NCBI GenBank assembly: GCA_965240325.2
Contig: OZ251246.1
Span: 248,001 to 312,000 of the forward strand
DNA: 64,000 nt
Origin: Rebecca billardiae RCC1528
Taxonomy: Eukaryota; Protista; Haptophyta
Reading direction: 5' to 3'
The notes under the pieces are model-generated. The model had not been told where the DNA came from, made no database searches, and was given only the letters and a program-made list of their open reading frames with translations. The translations under genes and the position numbers were made by a program. Below are positions 33,307-44,921 of the stretch, one piece after another (position 1 is the first letter of the stretch; every line of letters starts with the position of its first letter).

Positions 33307-34027
33307 TATTGGGTAAACGCGAGCTCCGAGCGTCTCGAGCCCTGCTAAGAGCTCACCGGCACGTCCTCGGGCGCGTCGTCGGTGACGCCCACGAAGGCAA
33401 TCTCGACCCTCGCTCCTCTGACGAGCGAAGCTAATCCTCCTGCCGCAACCAACTTTCGGTTGCGCAGGGTGACACGGCGTTTTGCGGCCCGGCTCGGGAA
33501 TCTTGTAACCTTCCTGAGCCCCGCTTCCGTGCGTCCGCCAATCGCAGGCGTTACCGACGCACCGCCGTAAGCTCATCTTTCCCCCAGGTACTCGGTAATG
33601 TCATCGGACCTGGGTAAGCTGCGCACGGACCCATGATCCCGGATTCTCGATTCTCAAAACTGGGAATCCGGGCGTCCATGAACGAAGTGATCGAGTCCGT
33701 TGTTCCTTGGACTCTTCCACGATGGCGCCCGCCTGTGCCGCCGGCGTGCCATCCGTGCCGCGTGCGCCGGGCCGTACCGCCCGCGCACGCGCCGCGTCCG
33801 TGTCGCTCCGCGTCCGCGCTGCCGCGTCCGCGCTCCGCGTCCACGTCGCTCCGCGCCAGCGCTGCTGCGCTCGCGCTCCTGCCGCCGCGCGCGCCGCGCG
33901 CGCGCGCCGCCAGAGCCAGCCACTGCGTAGCTGATGCCGCCGGCCCGCCTGGTGCGGCGCCGGCCCTGACGTCCCAGCGGCGACGCCATCTGCTGAGATG
34001 CGCGCCCCAGGCTGCGTCAGCTCAACA
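33307..34027 (-). repeat. 5' LTR
   Basis: Apparently identical to the 3' LTR, implying a recent insertion. Confidence 0.95.
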
Positions 34028-34523
34028 TTATTATAATCTTATAATATTACAGCGTACCTCCATCAATGAATCGGGCAATCGGCTATAGTGGTGATGAACA
34101 GTTGGCGTCTCTCGCCTGAGCTGTGTGCGTCTCTTATATTCTTAGTAAACTACGACTGTGTAGGATACGCTATCCATCGAATGACGACCCGGGTGTGCTA
34201 GGCTCAGGCTGTAGTCGCACTCCGAAGTGGGCCTCGGCACTCGGCAGGCAGTCACTGGCTCAGGCCCTGCGGCGAGCGCTCATGCCATGCCACTACCCGA
34301 CATCTACAGCGGCGAGCCCTCGCTGACTTCGTCCTAGAGGAGGATACTGCACGGTGAGGTCAGACGAGCCCTCTGCGCCGTGCCGCCGTCGGCCGTTCTG
34401 GCGGGAAGCTCGAACAAGCTGCCATTCGATCAGTCTGCTCGGCCGGTCGGTTGCCACGGGTTGCATGCGATGCGATTACGGCCGGGGCCGGCTGTACTGA
34501 ACATCCCGGCGTGCCCGTAGGCC

Positions 34524-35210
34524 TCACGGAGATCGTATGTGCGCGTCAATTGCCCACGCTTGCAACGCGTACACGCCCAGCAGCCCGATGACAGCGCCGA
34601 CGAAAGTCGTCGGCTCTGTCGCTCCGAGCGTGTCGCCCCCTGCCGTCTCGTGATTCTCGTCCTGATCTCCGACCCCGTGATGAAGCAGGGCTCGGAACGG
34701 ATTGGACGCGTGGGTCAGCGCGAGCGAGCACGCGTAGTAGCACCCCTTGGCCGCGCCGAAGCACACGAGCCAGAGCATCGCCTGGCTGAACCAACGGTCC
34801 GCGCGAAACTGCGGCCCGTAGTCGCCAGTGTGTCCGGCTGAGGACACGCATTCATTGGCGCTGTGCATCCACTTGAAGCACCGCAGACCGGCGACGGTTC
34901 GAAGCAGGAGCTCGAGGAGCCTGAGTAGCAGGATGGCGATGATGGTGCTAGCGGACTCGTCAAAGGCGCGGTCGGACAAGTCGAGCAGCAGCCGGCAGCG
35001 CTCGTCGTCGCCCGCCACGCGGCTGCTCAGCACAAGCATGCGCTCGAGCGCGAGCGTCATCGACGTCGAGAGGGCCTGCTTCCACAAGTCGTACTGAAAC
35101 ACGATGGCTCGCCGCCGGGGGACCTCCGAATGCCGCTTGAGCGCAAGCGACAGAAGGGCGCACCCTCTGCATGCCGCATGCGTCGCGAAGTCCACGCACG
35201 CATGCGCCAT
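34524..35210 (-). CDS. STIMATE/TMEM110 (DUF3661/YPL162C)-like membrane protein
   Basis: EVPRRRAIVFQYDLWKQ resembles the family motif E.PRRP..IW..D.SKQ; GDYGPQFRADRWFSQAMLW resembles G.YG.P.....W..Q; several hydrophobic segments. Start uncertain. Confidence 0.6.
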   Translation of the reverse strand: MAHACVDFATHAACRGCALLSLALKRHSEVPRRRAIVFQYDLWKQALSTSMTLALERMLVLSSRVAGDDERCRLLLDLSDRAFDESASTIIAILLLRLLELLLRTVAGLRCFKWMHSANECVSSAGHTGDYGPQFRADRWFSQAMLWLVCFGAAKGCYYACSLALTHASNPFRALLHHGVGDQDENHETAGGDTLGATEPTTFVGAVIGLLGVYALQAWAIDAHIRSP

Positions 35211-35270
35211 GCCACAAAGTGGCGGTCCGGCCGACAGGGACAAACGACTGCCCAAGTGATCAAAGCATCA

Positions 35271-36346
35271 GAGGCCACTTCACCGAAATCCAGGTTGGGG
35301 AGGATCTCCGCTGCACTGGTGGGGAGGATGTCATCCTCCCCGCTCGCCACGGCTGGGGAGGATGTCCGCCGCGCTGTCCGGTTTTTCGCCGCTGACAAAA
35401 CTTTCGAAAACGAAAGTCGCGCTATGGCGGACCCGGTGTTCCCGCCCGGCGGCGAAAGGGGCGCGGGGCCGGTGGCTCGCGATCCGAAGGGCAGTAGCTC
35501 GCGACCTCGCTTGGGCGGTGGCAGCGGCGCTGTGGCACGGCGTGTACCATCCGCGCGGCTGTGCGCGATCGCGCGGTCCCGTTCGTCGCCACGCCGCGCG
35601 CGACCGTTCACGCCACAGTCTTTCCGCACTGGCATGCACCCGTTGCAAGCGCATGACGGCGGAGAGCTCAGAGAGCCCGTCACGCGCGTGACGACCGTGT
35701 GGGATGGGTTGTGCCGATATGAAGGCTGCCCTTCGTAGGCTTTCTGATGAGCCCATCCAACGTTCAGACCATTCCTAACTGCTGAAAGATGAGTCATCGC
35801 CTGCCACACGGCCATGGAGTTGTGGACAGTACAGCAGCCGTCCATGATCCGCATGCCCGCCTCATGGGCCGGCGCGTGCCTCCCTGAACATGAAGACAAG
35901 CTGTACAACCCATCCCACACGGTCGTCACGCGCGTGACGGGCTCTCTGAGCTCTCCGCCGTCATGCGCTTGCAACGGGTGCATGCCAGTGCGGAAAGACT
36001 GTGGCGTGAACGGTCGCGCGCGGCGTGGCGACGAACGGGACCGCGCGATCGCGCACAGCCGCGCGGATGGTACACGCTGTGCCACAGCGCCGCTGCCACC
36101 GCCCAAGCGAGGTCGCGTGCTACTGCCCTTCGGATCGCGAGCCACCGGCCCCGCGCCCCTTTCGCCGCCGGGCGGGAACACCGGGTCCGCCATAGCGCGA
36201 CTTTCGTTTTCGAAAGTTTTGTCAGCGGCGAAAGACCGGACAGCGCGGCGGACATCCTCCCCAGCCGTGGCGAGCGGGGAGGATGACATCCTCCCCACCA
36301 GTGCAGCGGAGATCCTCCCCAACCTGGATTTCGGTGAAGTGGCCTC
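35271..36346. mobile_element. Foldback element: 442-bp inverted arms, 192-bp spacer
   Basis: Arms 35271-35712 and 35905-36346 (about 3 mismatches seen); termini GAGG...CCTC; flanking direct repeat CATCA. Confidence 0.88.
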
Positions 36347-36455
36347 CATCAGCAAACGATGAGAAGCGAACCGTTTACAATATTGTACGATGCGTACCCC
36401 CGACAGGCAAACGGTTTTTTTGGTTTTTGTCGTTGTTTATTTTGCGCGCGATCCA

Positions 36456-37070
36456 CGAGTCCAACTACTACTAACTTCGGCGAGTCCAACTACTACTAAC
36501 TGCGGCGAGTCCAACTACTACTAACTTCGGCGAGTCCAACTACTACTAACTTCGGGGAGTCCAACTACTACTACTAACTTCGGCGAGTCCAACTACTACT
36601 ACTAACTTCGGCGAGTCCAACTACTACTAACTTCGGCGAGTCGTCCAACTACTACTAACTTCGGCGAGTCCAACTACTACTAACTTCGGCGAGTCCAACT
36701 ACTACTAACTTCGGCGAGTCCAACTACCACTAACTCAGGCGAGTCCAACTACTACTAACTGCGGCGAGCCCAACTACTACCAACTTCGGCGAGTCCAACT
36801 ACTACTACTAACTTCGGCGAGTCCAACTACTACTAACTTCGGCGAGTCCAACTACTACTAACTTCGGCGAGTCCAACTACTACTAACTTCGGCGAGTCCA
36901 ACTACTACTACTAACTTCGGCGAGTCCAACTACTACTAACTTCGGCGAGTCCAACTACCACTAACTCAGGCGAGTCCAACTACTACTAACTGCGGCGAGC
37001 CCAACTACTACCAACTTCGGCGAGTCCAACTACTACCAACTCAGGCAAGTCCAACTACTACTAACTTCGG
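36456..37070. repeat. Minisatellite, ~24 x 25/28 bp (CGAGTCCAACTACTACTAACTTCGG)
   Basis: Contiguous units with no spacers; some carry an extra TAC. Confidence 0.95.
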
Positions 37071-37996
37071 CCACAACATCATCCACCAGCTGCTGACCAA
37101 GAACAGGCTACACCATCGTCCACCACGACCTGCCACTGACCAAGTAGGCGACGACATCATCCGCACCAGCTGCTGACCAAGTAGGGGACGGCCTGGCCGA
37201 CGCCAACATGCTCACTCGCCTTTGATTTCGTGCCCACGCACTTCCTGGTGGGCCTGACGACGTCCGGACGACGACAACAACGACATCCGCCATGGGGACC
37301 AACATCAACGCGCTCACACCACTGCAACTGCTGCAAGCTTCGACCAGTACCACTACAGACGAATCAGGAGAGCTGCGCCCTCGTGCCTGTGTCTTTAAAT
37401 CATAGAATTAGTCATCGACATCGAGCAGGGGCAACTAGCTGTCTAGCAGTATGGTACTGACTATTTATTCGTGATCGGTGATGGCCCTGATCACTGATCA
37501 GAGACATAGGGGGCTATCATAGACACTGACAGAGCAGACTCGCTCGGCCATTCCGGTCAGCACTCGCCCGGCTCATCAGCCTCAGCACGACTGCTCGGTC
37601 GATAATGACGATATGCTGGAGCCATCTGCAGCGCGGGCCAGCGCAGCAGTGTAATTGACACTGTTTGGCGTTGATAATCACGACCTGCGGCCCGCTGGGT
37701 CACTCCGCGGGACTCGCCAAGACGCCAACGGCCACTAGTCGCCACGGACCGCGTGCCACTGCCGCGCCCGCGCGGGACGGCCGGGGCTGCCGCCGGCGCA
37801 GTGCGCATCACTCCGGGGAGTCACCGGAGGCGGAGTGCCGTCACTCGTCAGTGCCGCCACTCCCGCAGCCCGCTGCCCCGCACTCCATCCTGACTGTCAA
37901 CTGAGACTCCGAGTCTCACTACTACTAGTAGCTAGTCACAGAGTCGATCTTGCAAGCAGCACTCAATCCGACTCCGACGCGGAGGGCGCGAGTTAA

Positions 37997-38316
<320 letters not shown>

Positions 38317-38408
38317 GTCGGGCGAGACGACTCACCCACGCCGAGCTATAAGCTAGTCATCATTATTGCTATGACAGCAATGATGACATTAGACGATATA
38401 TCCCCTTA

Positions 38409-38816
38409 GGGCCGTTCTTCACCCCGCCGCGAAAAATTCAACGAAGTTCGGCGAATCGATTTTCGGAGGCGCTCGCCAAGGGGCCGTTCTTGAGCCCCCT
38501 CGCTCGATTCGGATTCAGATTGATTCAGATTGTGTTTGGATCGCGAGGAGAAAAAACTCTAGCGCCGCGCCCAAAATCGACGGACCATCGATCTCAATAG
38601 GATCTCGACCGATTCGACGAAAGTTGGGACGTGAATACGGATTCGTAAACTCAACTTTCGCCGAACCCACGCCGCAGGCCCCTGTTTTGTGGGTTCGGCG
38701 AATTTGCAAACAGGGGTCGCCGGGTCGGCGATTCGGCGAATCCATGGCGGCCCAATTACAAGAAATGCACTCGCCGAATTTCGCCGAATCGCTCGCGGCG
38801 GCGTGAAGAACGGCCC
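38409..38816. mobile_element. PIF/Harbinger (Tourist-like) MITE, 408 bp
   Basis: TIR gggccgttcttcac(c/g)ccgccgcga; TTA target duplication on both sides; internal ttcggcgaa/ttcgccgaa repeats. Confidence 0.88.
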
Positions 38817-39913
38817 TTACCGCAGTCTGCTTCTATACGAAGCAGATTTGGGTGGGCGGCCGCGTGGGGGCGCTGGGCGCGCGGGTAGACGGCGCGAGCG
38901 GGCGCGCGCACGCTTGGGGGCATCTTTGGGACCATACCCATCGATGACCCGAGCCCACCGCCCTCCCCCTTCTCCCGTGCCACGGCGTCCAGACGGAGTG
39001 CCAAACGAGCGTTTGAACATGCCACGAAGCAGATTTGGAATGGTGCTCAAACCGCTGCGGAGGTGATCTTCAGGCTGCGGCGTGATGTTGGGAGGGGTAT
39101 CATATCGTAATCGGGATGACGGTCGTCACCCGTGCGCCGGTCGGTAGGCTGCTACTCAGCGCCCGTAGCCTCGTACGCTGCACCTCGAGCTCAACGGATC
39201 CCTCACCGTGGGCTCTCCGAGTGACACTGAGCACGAGGAGGGTGTACTCGCGAGGGGTACGCGCGTCGCGCCTGCGATCGACGCCACTTAGACAGTCGAA
39301 GAAGCGATACCATCACCACTCCCGCCAAGCGCCTGCTTGACTTGCACTCGGTGTACACACCGCGTGCGGCGTGCCGCAAGGAAGGAGCGACCCGTGCCTC
39401 AGCGTGTCCCGCGCGACGACTGGCTGGTGGGCACTTACACTTTCAGCGTGATCGGTCATGCGAACGCGCGCAGAGTGAGAGTAAGTAACGCGCTGCGCAG
39501 TATATATGCACAGTATATATGCACTGTCTATTGCTACGATCATATCTTTGTCGGTCGCGGCACGTGCTTGAAGCGGCTGCAAGGAGTGCAGCCGGGTGTC
39601 GCGGGCCAGTCGAGTGCCCAGCCAGCACGAAGCCGTGTACAACGCCCAGGCCGAGGCGGGGCGTCCGGGTGGGCCGCAAAGCGCGCGCAGCGGCCGCCGT
39701 CATAAAATCTGCGCTTATTAATAGTTCCATACGAAGCAGATTGAACTGCTGCGGTAATAAGGGGATATATAATAATAAGTAGTCCCGCGCGATGATGCAG
39801 ACTGGACCTCACAGCTCTGGGGGTTGGCCGGCTAGGCCACAGGCACAGCCCACACGCGCCGCCGCGCGGGGGCCCCTCGACGCTCACTGCGGCTCACTCG
39901 GCTCAGTCAGACC

Positions 39914-41992
39914 TCAGATCGGCCGCGGGCGGGCGTCAGCTGTGGCGGCCGGCACGGGGCCGGGCCAGCTCACCGGGACGGCCGCGGCCGCACCCCGCCC
40001 TCCGCCCCTGACGCCCGTGCCCTCCTCCTCCTCCTCCTCCTCGGAAGAGTCGTCGTCCCAGCCGAACATGCGCGCCCAGAAGCCAGGGCGCTCGCGCGGC
40101 TCCTCGCCGTCCGCGTCGGCGTCCGCCGCACGCCTGAGCGCCGTCACCTGCGCGCCCGCGCCGGGCCCGTGAGCGCGCTCACGCGCGCGCGCGCCCAGAG
40201 GCAGCAGTGGCCTGTCGAGGTCAGCGGCGACGTCGCCCTCGGAAAGTTCCAGAAGTTTCCGCTTGGCCGCCTCGGCCGCGCGGGAGACGGAGCCGTCCTC
40301 GGCGAGCGCGCGCTGATGGGTAGCCATGATGCGCGCAATTAGCCCGTCCAGCCGCTCGATCTCGCGGTCGAGTGCAGCATTGCCCGGGCTGCTCCGGCGC
40401 GCGGCGGCGTCCGCTTGCGCGTCCACCGCAGCGACGGGCGTGGCTGACGCGTCGGCGACGGCGAGCGGGTGGTGGGGCGCATCCGAGCCGCGGTCGGCGT
40501 CCGCGTCCGCAGCTGGCGCGCCCACCCCGGGCGAGGTGGGAGCCGCCTCAGCTGCTTGCCCGTCGCCCCCCGCCTCCTCCTCCGCCGCGGGCGCGCGCGG
40601 CACCGACGGCGGCCGGACCATCGTTGGCGGCGTCTGGGCGTGCGGCGTCGCGGACGACGCACGGAGCACACCCGCCGCCGCAAAGCCCAGGGGCGCCGCG
40701 CACGCGGCGCCGGCGGCGCCGTAGCTGGCCGCGCCAAAATCGGAGTGGTGCCGCGTGCACAGGCTGGGCGGAGCGGGCCCGGCCGCGGCGGCGCTCGCGC
40801 GCGCGCCGGCCAGCGGGTGCGCGGGCGTGCCGCCGCCGGCCGCAGTGCCCACCCCACATCGATCCAACGGCTTGGCCGAGCCCGGAGTGCGCGGGGTGTC
40901 CATGGCGGCTGCGCCGCCGCCGCCGGCGCTGGGGCGGCCGCTGCCGCCGAGCTCGGCGTGGGCGCCCTTCGCCCCGCCCCCGCGCCCGCTCGCCAGCGCC
41001 GCCCGCAGCCGCTCCGCCTCGGCGCGCGCGGCGTGCTCCGCGTCGCGCGCGCGCGCGAGCGCCATGCGCATTCGCTCCGATTCCGCCTGCGCCGCCTGCT
41101 GCTCGTCCAGCAGCTCGTCGTTTGCCGTGAGCACGGCCTGATACTTCGTGAGCAGCGAGTCGCGCTCGGCGCCGAGTGCGTCGAGCGCCGAGCGCAGGCT
41201 CGAGACCAGCGGGCTCCCTTCGGCGCGCTCGTGGCTGCGCGCTCGGAGCCGCTGCAGCTCGGCCTCGGCGTCGGAGGCGCGGCCGCTCACCGCGTCCAGA
41301 CGGCTGCGCAGCGCGGCGGTGGTCGCCTGTGCGCGGTGGAGCGCGACAGAGAGCGAGCGCTCGCGCGAGCTCGACTCCTCCAGGAACGCCTCGCGCCCGC
41401 CCTTCGCCGCCGAGATCGCCGAGTCAAGCCGTTCCGCGAGCGAGCGCGCGCGCGCGCCGCGCGCGGAGCCTGCCGGGTGGGCGGTGCCGTGCTCATCCGC
41501 CGCGGCGGCCGACGGCGTCGGCGTCGGCGGTATCTCCTGTAGCAGCGCGCGCGCGAAGTGCGCGGCGAGGGCGAGGGCGTCGGTGCGCGCCTCCGCGGGA
41601 ACCTCGTGCGTCTCGCTCTCGCCGTCGGCGGACGCCCGGCCGTTCGCAGGCGCTTCGTGGCCATCATCAGGGCTGCCAGGCACCGCGAGCGCATCGGCAA
41701 GGTGCGCGGCCGCGTCCATATCCGCGGTGAGCGCATCGAGGCGCTCGGCGATGACGTTGATCGCGGCTGCATACTCGGTGGTCGTGCGCGCCGCCACGGC
41801 CCCGCCACCGACGCCATCGAGCACCGTTGCGGGCGTCAGCGTGCCGCCGCCGGCCGCCGCGGCGGGCGTGCGCCACCGTTCAAACGACTTGCGGCCGTGC
41901 ACGAGCAGCGCGTGCCGGTCAACGGTCGCCGGGCGCCGCGCGGGGACGCTCATGGGCGTGCGCGCGAGCACCGTCGTGCGGCCCTCGCCCAT
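39914..41992 (-). CDS. Hypothetical Ala-rich coiled-coil protein (692 aa)
   Basis: Long ORF with heptad-like segments (LRSRLDAV...AERLRAAL) and an acidic C-terminal patch. Confidence 0.65.
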   Translation of the reverse strand: MGEGRTTVLARTPMSVPARRPATVDRHALLVHGRKSFERWRTPAAAAGGGTLTPATVLDGVGGGAVAARTTTEYAAAINVIAERLDALTADMDAAAHLADALAVPGSPDDGHEAPANGRASADGESETHEVPAEARTDALALAAHFARALLQEIPPTPTPSAAAADEHGTAHPAGSARGARARSLAERLDSAISAAKGGREAFLEESSSRERSLSVALHRAQATTAALRSRLDAVSGRASDAEAELQRLRARSHERAEGSPLVSSLRSALDALGAERDSLLTKYQAVLTANDELLDEQQAAQAESERMRMALARARDAEHAARAEAERLRAALASGRGGGAKGAHAELGGSGRPSAGGGGAAAMDTPRTPGSAKPLDRCGVGTAAGGGTPAHPLAGARASAAAAGPAPPSLCTRHHSDFGAASYGAAGAACAAPLGFAAAGVLRASSATPHAQTPPTMVRPPSVPRAPAAEEEAGGDGQAAEAAPTSPGVGAPAADADADRGSDAPHHPLAVADASATPVAAVDAQADAAARRSSPGNAALDREIERLDGLIARIMATHQRALAEDGSVSRAAEAAKRKLLELSEGDVAADLDRPLLPLGARARERAHGPGAGAQVTALRRAADADADGEEPRERPGFWARMFGWDDDSSEEEEEEEGTGVRGGGRGAAAAVPVSWPGPVPAATADARPRPI

Positions 41993-42640
41993 GCTCGCGC
42001 TGCGCCCCGCCCAGCCGCACTCGGCGAACGCGCGTGCTGCGTCGTGCGCGGGCTTGCGGCTTGCGCGAGGTCGCCGGCTATTGTAGCTCGCGAGATGGCG
42101 AGATGCGCGCGCGCTTGACGACTGACGATCGAAAGGGGGTGCCGGATCACATGGTTTTTGAGGTTTTCCGGGTGTACTCCGGACAGGTGTAACGCCTCCG
42201 GACAGGGCTCGCTCGAGTCGGAGTCGAGGGCGTGGCAGCCGTGGCTGACACTACTCACTAATAACAGTGACAGTGACGAGTGACGGCGTGGGCTGGGCAG
42301 ATCTGGCGACCGGAGCGCCGAGCCCTTGGCCGAGCTGTGGGGTTGCTCACTGCCCGGGTCCGCCGCCAGCCCGGGCCTGGGCAGTGATCCGTGTGATGAT
42401 GTTGAACGGGCATGACGGGCCCTTGGCAAGGCCCGCCGCTTGGTTAAGGCTACAGAGTACTAGTACTCCGACTACGTCTAGCTTACGGCTTATCAGTCCT
42501 ACGGGGGATTTGCATATTATGAATTCATATATTGGCGCGCACCTTTTTTAAAACCTTTGTAAGTTTTTGTCCGCGCTAGTCTCACTCATAATCAGACTTA
42601 ACTAAGTTACTTTATAGTCTGGGCACCGCTGCCCAATAAT

Positions 42641-42731
<91 letters not shown>

Positions 42732-43275
42732 GGTATTCAATAAGCCCATCATGCGTAAATCTGACGTAATAATTCATCGCCGGCAACGGCGGTCCCTGGG
42801 GCCCGCGAGCGCTGACGACTCGCGCGGGGACCGGCCCGGGGTCCGGAGCGAACTGCCGAGGCCGCGTGTCGCCTACGTCTACGACGCCGACGGAGCCTGT
42901 CAGTGGCCTCAGTGTAAGTCGGATGGGCGGCCCGCGAAAACGTGGCGCCGCCCTGGTCATTTTGGGCCCTGTTCATCCCCATTATTAGTTTCACTGATGT
43001 GTCAAAATGGCGGAGGTCATATCTCATGAACCACACCGGCTGTGAGCGGCAGGCTGTCTGATAGGCAGACTGCGTGCGCAAAGCGCCAGAAGACGAAGTC
43101 CAGAGGCTCACGCCAGTCACGGAGAGACTGCTTCACACTCCGCGTTCGTGTCGTAGTAGCGCTGCGTTGGCGCTGCTACGCGCGCTGGCTCGAGCTGCTC
43201 GACTCGGGGTTGGCACGTGTGCGCGGGCTGCTCGCTGACAAACCCCACCCCAGCCTCGCCCGTGATGGGCTCCAG

Positions 43276-43855
43276 CTAGTGTGGCTCCAGGCGGACAATC
43301 ATGTCCATCGCGCCATCGGGAATGAGGTCCATTGGCGGCTCGACCATGGTCCTGACGCTCATGCCGTGGTCGCACGTCCAGATGGCATGGGCCATCATGG
43401 CGCTGTTGCCGTTGACGCCGCCAAAGGTGCCTCTGAGAGCACAACGACGCTGTCGGGCAGCACGCACGGCAATGAGGGGAGAAGATGTCAACGTGGGCAC
43501 ACGCGCAGAGCACATGTCAGTGGCGGCAAGGGAGGTCGTGGCGGTGGCGACGCGATGGACGCGCGCTTGGCATGTGACCGCGGTGATTGAGTTGCGCGCC
43601 GCAGGGCGCGCTCACAGACGACAACAAGTACTCGTAGTTGCACTCAGCCCCCTCGGCGTGATCGACGCCGAGGACCAACGTTGCATCACCATCCTGGTTG
43701 ATGGGCTCGAGGACATCTGGGAAGAAGCTGTCGAATGGGGTGCCAGGTGGCTGCACAGTGCAGCTGTTCTGGCCCTCAGTGCCGACCACCTTGGTCAGGC
43801 GCTCGCCCGTAAAGTTGCCGAGTGACCATACCATCTGGGGCTGGGGAGGGGCCAT
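43276..43855 (-). CDS. Small two-exon hypothetical protein (~137 aa)
   Basis: Exon 43855-43616 (MAPPQPQ...EYLLSS), GTGAGC...CGACAG intron 43615-43450, exon 43449-43276 continuing in frame to a stop. Confidence 0.5.
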
Positions 43856-44104
43856 GATGCCGGTCGGACGGACGGCCGATGACGGGACGACGAAATGGCG
43901 GGCTTGGATATTATCGCCGCTCTCACTCCATGTGGCTGATGAGTGGAAGGCTGGAAGCTGAAAGCTGGAAGGTCGTCTCACTCGTCCGTTGCAAGGTCCG
44001 TTGGCTCCCGGCCGATCCGTTGGCTCCTGCTTTGAATTGGACGAGCGCGAAGACGATGGGCGCCGGCGGCGACAGCGCTTGAAGCCCTGCGCAAGGTCGG
44101 GTCA

Positions 44105-44921
44105 ATGCCGAGCGCGTCGCTCCCGGCAGCGCACGCCGCGGCGTGCGATGCCGGCGCTTCTGACGAGGCAGAGACGCGGCGTCGAAAGGCGCCCAAGCAC
44201 GCCACGTGCGCCGCGGATGGCTGCACCAACAATGCCCGGCAGGTGTGCACACTGCCGCCCGCGGCGAGCGCGGCGCGCGCTTGTCCCGCCTCCTCACTCA
44301 CTCCGCGCGCGCGCGCCGCGCCGGGGCGGGCGGCGGCGACAGGGTGGCATGTGCATCAAGCACGGCGGCGGTTGGCGGTGCACTGAGCCCGGGTGCAGCA
44401 GCTCCGGCCGAGGGCCGTCGCGCCGGTGCACGAAGCACGGCGGCGGCGCACTCTGCTCCGTGCACGGCTGCACGCGCGCGGCGCGTCACCGGAGCGGGCT
44501 ATGCTGCGCGCACGGCGCGCCGCTGTCGCCTCGACGCACGGCCGCGGATACAGACGTGGCCCGCGCGGCGCACAAACGCACCAAGCCCGCGCTCGACGCG
44601 CCCTCCACTGGCACCGACCTGCCGCCGCCCGCGCACGGACTCGTCGCTGTCGTCGTCCCGATTTCGGCCGCAGCGAGTCACGACGGCATCACGGCCCTTG
44701 CGCCCGTGCTCGCGCTGCCCGTGCCGCTCGCGCAGCCGCCAGCGGACTCGCATGTCCCGGACGGCTCCGCCGCCGAGGCGGCGCCGGCTTTAGCCGGCGG
44801 CGGCATTGAGGCCGCCACCACAGCCACCGCCCTGCCTGCTGCCCAGGCGGCAACGTGCGCCACGGAGCCCTCTGCAGGCGCAGGCGTGACCTTGCACGAC
44901 ATTTCCAACAGTGGCCGGTGA
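44105..44921 (+). CDS. WRKY19-like zinc-finger repeat protein (C..HGGG..C...GC), two exons
   Basis: CAADGCTNNARQ|GGMCIKHGGGWRCTEPGC...CTKHGGGALCSVHGC...CCAHG; removing GT-AG intron 44243-44342 restores the repeat. Confidence 0.78.

Larger units (their letters stand above)
26630..34027 (-). mobile_element. Full-length Ty1/copia LTR retrotransposon
   Basis: 721-bp LTRs; 5-bp TSD TTATT (26625-26629, 34028-34032); domain order gag-PR-IN-RT-RH; polypurine tract (plus-strand ccccccctc) at 27351-27359. Confidence 0.97.

Noticed and set aside
35057-36362. 432-aa and mirror-image ORFs
   Set aside because: By-products of the GC-rich inverted arms; the same peptides appear on both strands.
36456-37070. 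CRISPR array
   Set aside because: The units are contiguous with no unique spacers, there are no cas genes, and the context is eukaryotic.
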